Positions 25,212-33,804 of a DNA stretch of 38,928 nucleotides are shown one piece after another. Both the position numbers and the translations under genes were made by a program. A model generated the notes under the pieces. That model had not been told where the DNA came from. It saw nothing but the letters and a program-made list of their open reading frames with translations, and searched no databases. Location of the stretch: sequence record SRR2962707_4497, one strand, 5' to 3'. The stretch's first letter is position 1. The number at the start of each line of letters is the position of its first letter.

Positions 25212-26810
25212 ATGGAGCGTCACGATGCGATCGTGATCGGAGCCGGGCTGAACGGGCTCGTCGCCGCCGCCTATATGGCGCGGGCCGGTCTCGACGTGCT
25301 GGTGCTCGATCGTGCCTCGGAGCCGGGCGGCGTCTCCGTCGCGCATGAAATCGCGCCGGGCTTTCGCCTGCCGCGCTACACGCTCGGAAGCGGCGGCCTG
25401 CCGCCCCGCATCGCCGCCGATCTTGGCCTTGCCGAACATGGTCTCCGCTTCATCCGCGCCGAAGGCGGCGTCTCCTGCTTCCCCGATGGCCGCTACCACG
25501 CGAACTACCGCGATGGCGTCGTCCACCGCCGCGAGATCGCGCGCTTCTCCCGCCGCGATGCCGATGCCTTCACGCGCTACCGCCGCGACATGCTGCGCGC
25601 CGCGCGTGGCCTCGCGCCGCTGCTCTCCGGCCCGGCGCGCGCGCAACACAAAGGTCTCTTCGCGGGTTTGCGGGCGCGCCTCTCGCTTGCGGGCCGCATC
25701 GCTTCGATCTCGCCGGACGATCTGAACGACATGCTCCGCCTTTGGGCGCTTCCCATGTCCGAATATCTCGACGCCTATTTCGAGTCCGAGATCGTGAAGG
25801 CGCATCTCGCCTCCGCCGCGCTGATGGGAGGCACGCTCGGCCCCTGTTCGCCGACCGGCGCCGCGCGCCTCGTCGCGCCCTGGCTCTCCGAAACCGGCGA
25901 CGCGACCGGCGGCGCGCCCGATACGTTGATGCCCCATGGCGGCCCGGCCGCGCTCATCGACGCGCTGACCGGCGTTCTCGATGCCCATGGCGGAAGGCTT
26001 CGCCTCGAAGCGGAAGTCACCGACATTCTCATCAAGGACAGCAAGGTGCGCGGCGTCGTCCTCGCCAATGGCGAAGAGATCGGCGCGGACGCGATCCTCT
26101 CCGGTCTCGACGTAAAGCGGAGCTTCCTCAGCCTCTTCCGCTGGAAGGATTTGCCGGACGGGCTTGTCGATCGCGTCGGCCGTGTTCGCATGAAGGGTGT
26201 CGCCGCCAAGGTGAACATCGCGCTCGACGCGATGCCCGAGTTTCCCCATCTGCCCGAAGGCTGCCCCTCGCTGGGTGGCGGCCTCCGTCTCACTGGGTAT
26301 ATGCCCGCCATGGAACGCACCTTCGCGGATTGGCGCGAGCGCATGCCGCCGCGCGATCCGCTGATCGACGTGCTCATCCCCTCGCTCATCGACCCCACGC
26401 TCGCGCCGCCCGGCAAGCACGTCCTTTCCGCACTGGTGCAGTTCGTGCCGGAAGCGCTGCATGAGGGCGCCTGGTCGGACGAGCGCCGCGATGCGCTCCG
26501 CGATCTGGTGACCGCGCGTCTCGCCACGGTAAGTCCCGGCATCGAAACACGCATCCTCGCCTGCGAGGTGCTTCTGCCTGACGACATCGAAAACGAAATT
26601 GGCCTCACCGGCGGCGATCTCGCTTACGGAGAAACGACGCTCGACCAGATGTTCATGAACCGGCCCTTCCCCGGTTATGGTGGCGCGGCGACACCGCTCC
26701 GCAATTTCTATCTGTGCTCTCCAAGCGCCCATCCGGGCCCGCTCGTCATGGGCGGCTCCGGCGCCAATGCCGCTGCGGAAGTCATCGCAGCGCGCGGCAG
26801 GAGGCGCTGA
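25212..26810 (+). CDS. Phytoene-desaturase-like (PYROXD2-like) FAD oxidoreductase A
   Basis: DAIVIGAGLNGLVAA dinucleotide-binding motif, PSLIDPTLAPPGKH, atypical C-terminal NFYLCSPSAHPG. Confidence 0.85.
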   Translation: MERHDAIVIGAGLNGLVAAAYMARAGLDVLVLDRASEPGGVSVAHEIAPGFRLPRYTLGSGGLPPRIAADLGLAEHGLRFIRAEGGVSCFPDGRYHANYRDGVVHRREIARFSRRDADAFTRYRRDMLRAARGLAPLLSGPARAQHKGLFAGLRARLSLAGRIASISPDDLNDMLRLWALPMSEYLDAYFESEIVKAHLASAALMGGTLGPCSPTGAARLVAPWLSETGDATGGAPDTLMPHGGPAALIDALTGVLDAHGGRLRLEAEVTDILIKDSKVRGVVLANGEEIGADAILSGLDVKRSFLSLFRWKDLPDGLVDRVGRVRMKGVAAKVNIALDAMPEFPHLPEGCPSLGGGLRLTGYMPAMERTFADWRERMPPRDPLIDVLIPSLIDPTLAPPGKHVLSALVQFVPEALHEGAWSDERRDALRDLVTARLATVSPGIETRILACEVLLPDDIENEIGLTGGDLAYGETTLDQMFMNRPFPGYGGAATPLRNFYLCSPSAHPGPLVMGGSGANAAAEVIAARGRRR

Positions 26811-26812
26811 TC

Positions 26813-28393
26813 ATGGTCACGGGTGGAACGAAATACGATGCGATCGTGATCGGCGGCGGCCATAACGGCCTCGTCGCGGCCGCGCGTCTGTCCCGCTCCC
26901 ATGGCCGCGTGCTGGTGCTGGAGGCGGGCGACCGGCTCGGCGGCGCTGCGGCGACCTCGGAAATCGTGCCGGATTATCGCGCGCCCGCCGTCGCCCATCT
27001 CATCGACGGGTTTCCCCGCCGTATCGAACGCGAACTGAAGCTCGCCAAACACGGTCTGCGCTATGCCGCGCGCGATGTACCCGCCGTGGCGCTCGACCGC
27101 GATGGAAATCACATCATGCTCCCGCGCAACCGCAAGGAATACGCGGCCTTCAAGAAGCGCCTGCCGAAGGACGCGGAAGCCTATCGCGACCGTGTCGCGC
27201 TTCTGCGTGCGCAGGCCGACCTTGTCGCACCGCTTCTCGGCGAATTGCCGCCGCGCCATGACGACCCGGATGCGGTGAAGCGTTTTCTCCGCCGTGTCGT
27301 CCTTCGCGCGCAGTGGCAGGGCCGCTCCGCGCTTCGCAAGCTCATGCACACGCTGCCCGAAAGCATCGGCGACAGGCTCGACGCCGAATTCGAGTCGCCG
27401 CTCCTGAAAGGCATACTCGCCTTCGACGCGACGCTCGGGGGCGGCGAGGGGCCCTACGCGCCGGGAACATCCTTCCGCGCCGTCTGGCGCGAAGCGATCC
27501 GCATGCAAGGGCAGGGAACACGTCAAATCGCGGGTGGGATAGGAGCTCTCGCCGTTGCGCTCGCCGCCGCCATTGAGGCGCAGCGGGGAGAAATTCGCCT
27601 TGGCGCGCGCGCGGTTCGCATCCTCGTCGAAGACGACGCGGTCTCAGGCGTCGAATTGTCGGACGGCACGGTGCTCCATGCGCCGCTCGTCGTCTCTGCG
27701 CTCAATCCGCGCGTCACCATGCTGGGAATGCTTGGCGCCGCTCAGCTCGAAACGGAAGCGGCCACCGAGTTGCGTTTCGCCGCGCCGGTCGGCAACACGG
27801 CCAAGATCAATCTCGCGCTCGAAACGATCCCGGTCTTTTCCGGCCTCGCGCCAGAGCTTCACGGTGCCCGCCTCGTCGTCGCTCCCTCGCTGCATGAGCT
27901 TGATGAGACTGCTGCCGAATGCCGCGACGGCAGGTTCGCTTCCGAACCCGTCATGGAAATGCTTGTGCCGAGCCTCGCCGATCCCTCGCTCGCGCCCGAA
28001 GGCCACCACATTCTTTCGATCATTATTCACAACGTGCCTTTCGAGGTCGAAGGCGGCTGGGACGCGCAGCGCGAAATCTTCGTGCAGAAAGTCGTGCGCA
28101 CCGTCGAGGCCTATGCGCCCGGCATCGCCGACGCGATGATCGCCGGCGAAATCCTGACGCCGCCCGATATCGAGCGAAAATACGGCCTGGCTGGTGGCGA
28201 CTGGCATCAGGGCGATCTCCGCCTCGACCGTCTTTTCAGCTTTCGTCCGTCGCCGTCCTTCGGCCGCTACGAAGCGCCGGTGCCGGGGCTTTATCTCTGC
28301 GGCGCGGGCAGCCATCCGGGCGGCGGCGTTACCGGCTTGCCGGGCTGGCTCGCCGTCGAAGCCATAGGCACGCGCAAGGGAGGTGGCCGATGA
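26813..28393 (+). CDS. Phytoene-desaturase-like (PYROXD2-like) FAD oxidoreductase B
   Basis: YDAIVIGGGHNGLVAA, PSLADPSLAPEGHH, GLYLCGAGSHPGGGVTGLPG. Starts 2 bp after gene A. Confidence 0.85.
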   Translation: MVTGGTKYDAIVIGGGHNGLVAAARLSRSHGRVLVLEAGDRLGGAAATSEIVPDYRAPAVAHLIDGFPRRIERELKLAKHGLRYAARDVPAVALDRDGNHIMLPRNRKEYAAFKKRLPKDAEAYRDRVALLRAQADLVAPLLGELPPRHDDPDAVKRFLRRVVLRAQWQGRSALRKLMHTLPESIGDRLDAEFESPLLKGILAFDATLGGGEGPYAPGTSFRAVWREAIRMQGQGTRQIAGGIGALAVALAAAIEAQRGEIRLGARAVRILVEDDAVSGVELSDGTVLHAPLVVSALNPRVTMLGMLGAAQLETEAATELRFAAPVGNTAKINLALETIPVFSGLAPELHGARLVVAPSLHELDETAAECRDGRFASEPVMEMLVPSLADPSLAPEGHHILSIIIHNVPFEVEGGWDAQREIFVQKVVRTVEAYAPGIADAMIAGEILTPPDIERKYGLAGGDWHQGDLRLDRLFSFRPSPSFGRYEAPVPGLYLCGAGSHPGGGVTGLPGWLAVEAIGTRKGGGR

Positions 28394-29682
28394 CGCCGGA
28401 CACCGCACCCCGGAAAGAAGAGCCCGTGGAGCCGAACCGCAAGGACATCGACCCGCAGGACGAACAGGCATCCATCGATCCCGCGCTCTTCGAGGAGAAG
28501 CCCGCCGCGCCACCTTTCGAGCGCACGGTGCTGACGACGCCGCTTCATCTCGTGACCTCGGTCGAGAGCCGTACCAACCGTTGGACGGACTGTAACGGCT
28601 ACACCGTGCCCGACGTGCTGACGGGCCTTGGCGATGAATACCGCGCGCTTCGCGGCGCGGCGGCGCTTATGGACGTTTCGCCTCTTGTCAAATACCGGAT
28701 CGCCGGCCGCGACGCACTCGCCTTCCTCCAGCGCCTCGTCATCCGCGACATCGCAGACCTCGGCGTTCATCGTGCGGCGCATGTCGTGATGTGCGAAAGC
28801 CGCGGCCTCGTCCTCGGCGATGGCCTTCTCTTCCGGCTTGCCGATGACGAATACCGTCTGGTGACGGAGGAAACGCATCTTGCCTGGTTGATGGACAGCG
28901 CGGACGGATTCCGTGTCCGCATCGAGGATGTGAGCGCCACGCTGGGCGTCCTTTCCCTGCAGGGCCCGCTTGCTGCGTTCTCGCTCATGCAGGCGGGTGT
29001 CAGCGATATCGCCTCGCTCGCTCCTTTTGCCGCCCGCTGGATCGCGGTCGCGGGTATGCCCGTCTATCTCAGCCGCACGGGAACCTCCGGCGATCTCGGC
29101 TACGAGCTCTGGTGCGACGCCGAAGACGCGCCTCATGTCTGGCGCTGGCTTGTCGAATGCGCAGGCCCCCTCGGACTGCGTCCCGCCGGTTTCGCGCTGC
29201 GTGAGCTTGCGCGCCTCGAAGCCGGTCTTCCCCGCGCCGGAGTGGACTACCTCTCGGCCTTCGCCGCCATCGACAGCCGCGACGCGCTGCCGCCCGCCGC
29301 GATCTGGCCGGCGCACAACCTCGATCTCGACAAGACCCTCTTCAATGGCCGTCAGGCGCTTCGCCGTCTGGCAAACGAGACGCCCGCGCGCCGGATCGTG
29401 CCGCTGGCCGTTGAAGGGCTGGAGCCTCTGCGCTTCGCGGCCCTCTCCCATGACGGGCGCTTGGCCGGCATGGCGACCAGCACCGGCTTTTCGCCCGCCC
29501 TTGGCGCCAATATCGCGCTGGCGACCCTCGACGTGGACGCTCTCGCCGCCGCCCTGACGGCCACGGCGGAACGCCGCGACGGCATCTCCGTCCGGGAAAT
29601 CCTCGCATCCGCCCGGATTCTCGCGAAGCCCGCCTTCGCGCATCCCCGGCGGCTCGCGGTTCCGGCCCCCCTCAGGCCCTGA
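28390..29682 (+). CDS. GcvT-like aminomethyltransferase / THF-dependent demethylase family protein
   Basis: ATGA overlap with gene B. EYRALRGAAALMDVSPLVKYRIAGRDA, SRTGTSGDLGYELW, ARLEAGL. Confidence 0.82.
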   Translation: MTPDTAPRKEEPVEPNRKDIDPQDEQASIDPALFEEKPAAPPFERTVLTTPLHLVTSVESRTNRWTDCNGYTVPDVLTGLGDEYRALRGAAALMDVSPLVKYRIAGRDALAFLQRLVIRDIADLGVHRAAHVVMCESRGLVLGDGLLFRLADDEYRLVTEETHLAWLMDSADGFRVRIEDVSATLGVLSLQGPLAAFSLMQAGVSDIASLAPFAARWIAVAGMPVYLSRTGTSGDLGYELWCDAEDAPHVWRWLVECAGPLGLRPAGFALRELARLEAGLPRAGVDYLSAFAAIDSRDALPPAAIWPAHNLDLDKTLFNGRQALRRLANETPARRIVPLAVEGLEPLRFAALSHDGRLAGMATSTGFSPALGANIALATLDVDALAAALTATAERRDGISVREILASARILAKPAFAHPRRLAVPAPLRP

Positions 29683-29880
29683 TTTTTTCGTTTTTCTCCG
29701 ACGGATATCGGCCCCTCCTGCGTTTGTTCTTGTAACGGACGGCGTTCTATCCGCCGCGAGATCCCCCCAGACCCCGGCGGGTCCGTCGTCCGGCTCTGGA
29801 AGCGCAGTGCCTTGTGGCGTGTCTGCGCTTCCGGAGCCCAACTCACCGGGGTACGGAACCTTAGGAAGAGGACAAACAAG

Positions 29881-30567
29881 ATGCGTAAACTGAAATATGG
29901 CTTGCTCGGCGGCGCTGCTGCCCTCGCGATGGCGATGGCTCTCCCGGCGCTCTCTCAGGCCGAGCCCGGCAAGGGTGGTCACGGTGCCCGTCTGTTCGAA
30001 ATGACCGACACCGACAAGAGCGGCGGCATCTCGAAAGCCGAAATGCAGGCCGCTGCCGAAGCCCGCTTCGATGCCGCCGATACGAACAGCGACGGCGTGC
30101 TGACAAAAGAAGAATCGGAGGCCGCGAAGAAGGAGCTTCACAAGAAAGCCGCGAAGCATCGCGGCGATCCGGCGGAACGCTTTGCCAAGGCCGATGCCAA
30201 TGGCGACGGCAAGCTTACTCTCGACGAGATGAAGGAAGCCGCCGCGAAGCGCATGGCCGAACACGGCAAGGATGGCGAAAAGTCCGGCCGCCATGCGGAT
30301 CGCATGGAGAAGTTCTTCGACAAGGCCGATACGGACGGTGACGACGCCCTTACCCTGGAAGAAATGCAGGCTGCGGGTGAAAAGATGAAAGAGCGCCACG
30401 CCGGGAAAAACGGAAAGCGCGGCGACCTCTTCAGCCGTCTCGATGCCGACAGCGACGGTCAGGTGACGAAGGCCGAGTTCATTGCCGGCTCCGACAAGAT
30501 GTTCGAGCGCATGGACAAGAACGAAGACGGGACGATCGAGCCCGGTGAAGGCCGCCGCGGCAAGTAA
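29881..30567 (+). CDS. Secreted EF-hand calcium-binding protein (six EF loops)
   Basis: Signal peptide. Loops DTDKSGGISKAE, DTNSDGVLTKEE, DANGDGKLTLDE, DTDGDDALTLEE, DADSDGQVTKAE, DKNEDGTIEPGE. Confidence 0.9.
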   Translation: MRKLKYGLLGGAAALAMAMALPALSQAEPGKGGHGARLFEMTDTDKSGGISKAEMQAAAEARFDAADTNSDGVLTKEESEAAKKELHKKAAKHRGDPAERFAKADANGDGKLTLDEMKEAAAKRMAEHGKDGEKSGRHADRMEKFFDKADTDGDDALTLEEMQAAGEKMKERHAGKNGKRGDLFSRLDADSDGQVTKAEFIAGSDKMFERMDKNEDGTIEPGEGRRGK

Positions 30568-30584
30568 CGCGGACGGGATGCGTA

Positions 30585-30615
30585 TTCGTCCGAAGCCGGT
30601 TAGGCTTCGGACGAA
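30585..30615. repeat. Perfect 13-bp inverted repeat between the EF-hand gene and the ECF sigma gene
   Basis: TTCGTCCGAAGCC-ggtta-GGCTTCGGACGAA, with no U-tract. Confidence 0.7.
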
Positions 30616-30644
30616 CCATCTTGAAGGAACGGAGGCCGCGCCGG

Positions 30645-31220
30645 GTGGATGAAGCGTCGGACGATGAACTGGTGGCCGCTGTCGCTAAAGGCGACGAGCG
30701 GTCTTGCCGCGTCCTGATGGATCGTCATCTCGGGCGCATCGTCGCGCTCGCCCGCCGCATGCTCGGCAATCAGGCAGATGCGGAAGAAGTCGCGCAGGAG
30801 GTCTTCCTCCGCGTCTGGACCCATGCGGATCGCTGGCAGCCGGGCAAGGCGCAGTTCGGCACCTGGCTTCATCGCGTCGCGGCCAATCTCTGCCTGGACA
30901 GGCTCCGCCGCCGCCGCGGCACGGTCGACATCGACGAGATGCCGGATCTTGAAAGCGGCGAGCCCGGCCCGGATCGCCAGCTTGAGGAAAGCCAGCTCGC
31001 CGCCCGCGTCGAGGCTGCGCTCCAGCAATTGCCGGAGCGTCAGCGCGCGGCCATGGTGCTCTCGCATTATCAGGGTCTCACCAACACCGAGACGGCGGAA
31101 ATTCTCGACGTGACCGTCGAAGCCGTGGAATCGCTGCTGTCGCGGGCGCGGCGGCAATTGCGCACCTCGCTGGCGACGGAAAAAGATGAGTTGTTACGTT
31201 CAACGGAAATGAGCGCCTGA
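30645..31220 (+). CDS. ECF sigma-70 factor
   Basis: Region 2 DAEEVAQEVFLRVW..FGTWLHRVAANLCLDRLR. Region 4 LPERQRAAMVL..ETAEILDVTVEAVESLLSRAR. GTG at 30645 after GGAGG (TTG 30621 possible). Confidence 0.92.
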   Translation: MDEASDDELVAAVAKGDERSCRVLMDRHLGRIVALARRMLGNQADAEEVAQEVFLRVWTHADRWQPGKAQFGTWLHRVAANLCLDRLRRRRGTVDIDEMPDLESGEPGPDRQLEESQLAARVEAALQQLPERQRAAMVLSHYQGLTNTETAEILDVTVEAVESLLSRARRQLRTSLATEKDELLRSTEMSA

Positions 31221-31245
31221 GGCGTTCGGGCACGGACTGGATACG

Positions 31246-31743
31246 ATGCAGAAAGAAATAACATTGGAGCGTTTCGCCGGAATCGTCGATGCCTATGGGG
31301 CATCCCCCGAGCGATGGCCGGACAGCGAACGCGCCGCCGCCGAGGCGCTCGCTGCAGCCTCCGCCGAGGCCCGCACGCTCTTGACGCAAGCTGCCGCGCT
31401 TGACGTTGTGCTTGGCCATGCGCCCGCCGAGGCGCCTTCCGCCGCCCTTTTCGAGCGTTTGATCGCGGCGCGCCCGCGCGGTCTCGCGCCCCTCGCATCG
31501 CCCCGGCCTCAGGGGTTCCTCCGTGGTCTGATCGACGCCGTGTGGCCCTATGGGTCGCCCGCCGTGCCCGCAGGTGCGCTCGCCGCTTCCATCATGCTCG
31601 GCGTGGCCCTTGGCTCGGTGGCCGATATTCCGGTTCTGACGCAGGAAACTGCCGTCGCGGCGTCGGTGGAGGTGGGCACGGAAGACAGGCTCATGGCGCT
31701 CGCGCTTGCCGAACCCGCATGGCCTGAGGAGTGGATGCAATGA
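31246..31743 (+). CDS. Putative single-TM anti-sigma factor
   Basis: Directly follows the ECF gene. Cytoplasmic N-terminus RFAGIVDAYGASPERWP and one TM (GALAASIMLGVALG). Confidence 0.7.
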   Translation: MQKEITLERFAGIVDAYGASPERWPDSERAAAEALAAASAEARTLLTQAAALDVVLGHAPAEAPSAALFERLIAARPRGLAPLASPRPQGFLRGLIDAVWPYGSPAVPAGALAASIMLGVALGSVADIPVLTQETAVAASVEVGTEDRLMALALAEPAWPEEWMQ

Positions 31744-32303
31744 GCGACATGAACACAGCCCCCGACGGCAAGCCGTCACGCCGCTGGCTCGGGCCCGCCT
31801 TTCTCGCCTCCGTCGCGATCAATGTTTTTCTGATCGCGCTGATTTCGGTGTCGGTCTTTTCTCGGCCTCAAGACCGTGGCTTCGGTCCGCCGCCGGAGGG
31901 ACATGGTGCCATGCTGATGCACGGCGCATTCAAGGCGCTGCCGGAGGAAGACAGGCTCGTCTTCCGGCGGACAATGAGAGAGAACTTCCGAAAGATACTT
32001 CCGCATATGCGTGAAACGCAGGAGGCGCGCGACGCCCTGATCGATGCGATTTCTGCGGAGCCTTATGACGAAGGAGCCGTCCGCGACGCTTTCGATGACA
32101 TGTCGAAGGCGGCAGCCGTAATGAGCGACATGGGACGTGATGCGATGCTTGACGCCTTTGCAACGCTCAGCCCCGAACAGCGCCAGCGCGTCGCGGAAGC
32201 CATGCGCGAGGAGCGCCAGAAGGTCAGAAAGCGCTTCCGCGAACACATGGAGAAACGCCGCTCCGGCTCAGGGGAGATGCCGCCGTCCAACAAGGATGAG
32301 TGA
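31740..32303 (+). CDS. Periplasmic heavy-metal sensor-like protein (CnrX/ZraP/Spy-like helical family)
   Basis: ATGA overlap. N-terminal TM (LASVAINVFLIALI), Met/His-rich helices, EPYD and LSPEQR motifs. Confidence 0.75.
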   Translation: MSDMNTAPDGKPSRRWLGPAFLASVAINVFLIALISVSVFSRPQDRGFGPPPEGHGAMLMHGAFKALPEEDRLVFRRTMRENFRKILPHMRETQEARDALIDAISAEPYDEGAVRDAFDDMSKAAAVMSDMGRDAMLDAFATLSPEQRQRVAEAMREERQKVRKRFREHMEKRRSGSGEMPPSNKDE

Positions 32304-32409
32304 CACGCGTTCCGTTTCCACGCGGGAGAGAATATAAACGCTGCTACGGTATGATGCCGGAGCGGCGTTTCTTTTGGCGTCCCTTGGAGCGAAACGGAAA
32401 GAATTCCCG

Positions 32410-33750
32410 ATGAGCTGGTATCACGCCGGCATGTACGACGCAGGCCGCCCCGCCGGCAGTCTCTGGGAGGATACCGCGCCGCCGCTCGTGGATGGCATCG
32501 ATCTCGGTCCCAACACCAGCGACACCTGCGACATCGCCATCATCGGCGGCGGCTACACCGGCCTTTCCTGCGCGCTGCATCTCGCGCGCGACATCGGCGC
32601 CGATGTGCGCCTTCTCGAAGCGGGCCCTCTCGGCTGGGGCGCATCGGGCCGCAATGGCGGCTTCTGCACCTTGCCGCCCATGGGGCTCTCCTACGAAGGT
32701 CTGATCGCGCGCTACGGCGAGGCGGAAGCAAAACGCTTCATCGTCTCGCAACTTGAAGCGATCTCCTTCGTCCGCGATTTTGCACACTCGGAAAACCTCG
32801 ACATCTCGCCGCAAGGCGAGGGCGAACTCCATGTCGCGCATGCGCCATCCCGCTACTCAGAACTCGAACAGGAACGCGATCTCCTCTCCCGCACCTTCGG
32901 CCTAGCCGCGCGGCTGATCCCGCGCGAGGAAGTCGCGGCGGAATGGTACGACTCCCGTGAGCAATTCGGCGCCCTCCACATGCCTGTCGGCTTCGGCCTC
33001 CACCCGCTTCGCTTCGCACGCGGCCTTGCCGCCGCCGCCGCCCGCGCGGGCGCGAAACTGCATGGGCGTTCCCCCGTCATCCGCTGGGAAAGGGAAGGGG
33101 CCTCGCATCGGCTTGTGACGCCCACCGGCACAATCCGTGCCTCCCGCGTCGTCGTCGCCACAAACGGCTTCACGCGCCCGCCCGTGCCCGCCGCCATCGC
33201 GGACAACGTCATCCCCGTCATGTCGAACATCATCGTCACGCGCCCCCTGACCGACAGCGAGCTCGCCACGCAGAACTGGCGCACCGAGACGCCTTGCGCC
33301 AACACACGCAATCTCCTCTTCTACTATCGCCTCCTGCCGGACCGCCGCTTCCTGTTCGGCGCGCGCGGCGACCTCACCGGAAAGCCCGAAGACGGCGCGC
33401 GCATGCGCCGCTTCATGGAGCGGCGTCTGGCTGAGGTCTTCCCCGGCTGGGCGCATGTGGAAATCACCCATTCCTGGCGCGGCTTCGTCTGCATGGCCGC
33501 CCGCCTCACCCCCTCAATCGGCGCGCTTCCAGACGACAAAAGCGTCTTTTTTGCCCTCGGCTATCATGGAAACGGCGTCGCCGCCGCTCCTTGGGCGGGC
33601 CGCCTTCTCGCTCAACTCATTGGTGGAAAAGCCGAATTCCGCGATATTCCTGCGCCCATGCGCGGGCCGCCCCGCTCAATCCCCTTTCCCGCGTTGCGGC
33701 GCTGGTATCTTCGGGCGGCTCTCGGTTACTATCGGTTTATGGATACATAG
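32410..33750 (+). CDS. FAD-dependent oxidoreductase, DAO/PuuB (gamma-glutamylputrescine oxidase)-like
   Basis: DIAIIGGGYTGLSCALHLA, GASGRNGGF, LHPLRF, VVVATNG, GYHGNGV. Confidence 0.85.
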   Translation: MSWYHAGMYDAGRPAGSLWEDTAPPLVDGIDLGPNTSDTCDIAIIGGGYTGLSCALHLARDIGADVRLLEAGPLGWGASGRNGGFCTLPPMGLSYEGLIARYGEAEAKRFIVSQLEAISFVRDFAHSENLDISPQGEGELHVAHAPSRYSELEQERDLLSRTFGLAARLIPREEVAAEWYDSREQFGALHMPVGFGLHPLRFARGLAAAAARAGAKLHGRSPVIRWEREGASHRLVTPTGTIRASRVVVATNGFTRPPVPAAIADNVIPVMSNIIVTRPLTDSELATQNWRTETPCANTRNLLFYYRLLPDRRFLFGARGDLTGKPEDGARMRRFMERRLAEVFPGWAHVEITHSWRGFVCMAARLTPSIGALPDDKSVFFALGYHGNGVAAAPWAGRLLAQLIGGKAEFRDIPAPMRGPPRSIPFPALRRWYLRAALGYYRFMDT

Positions 33751-33804
33751 AGCGCCTTCCGGGCGCTGCGGAGGGGGCTTCGCGGCGGGGAAACGCGGTT
33801 TGAA

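Noticed and set aside
25212-28393. Carotenoid biosynthesis (crtI) call
   Set aside because: No other crt genes in the window. The coupling to a GcvT-like gene points elsewhere.
28291-30399. 702-aa minus-strand ORF
   Set aside because: Spans well-supported + strand genes in antisense. Shadow ORF.
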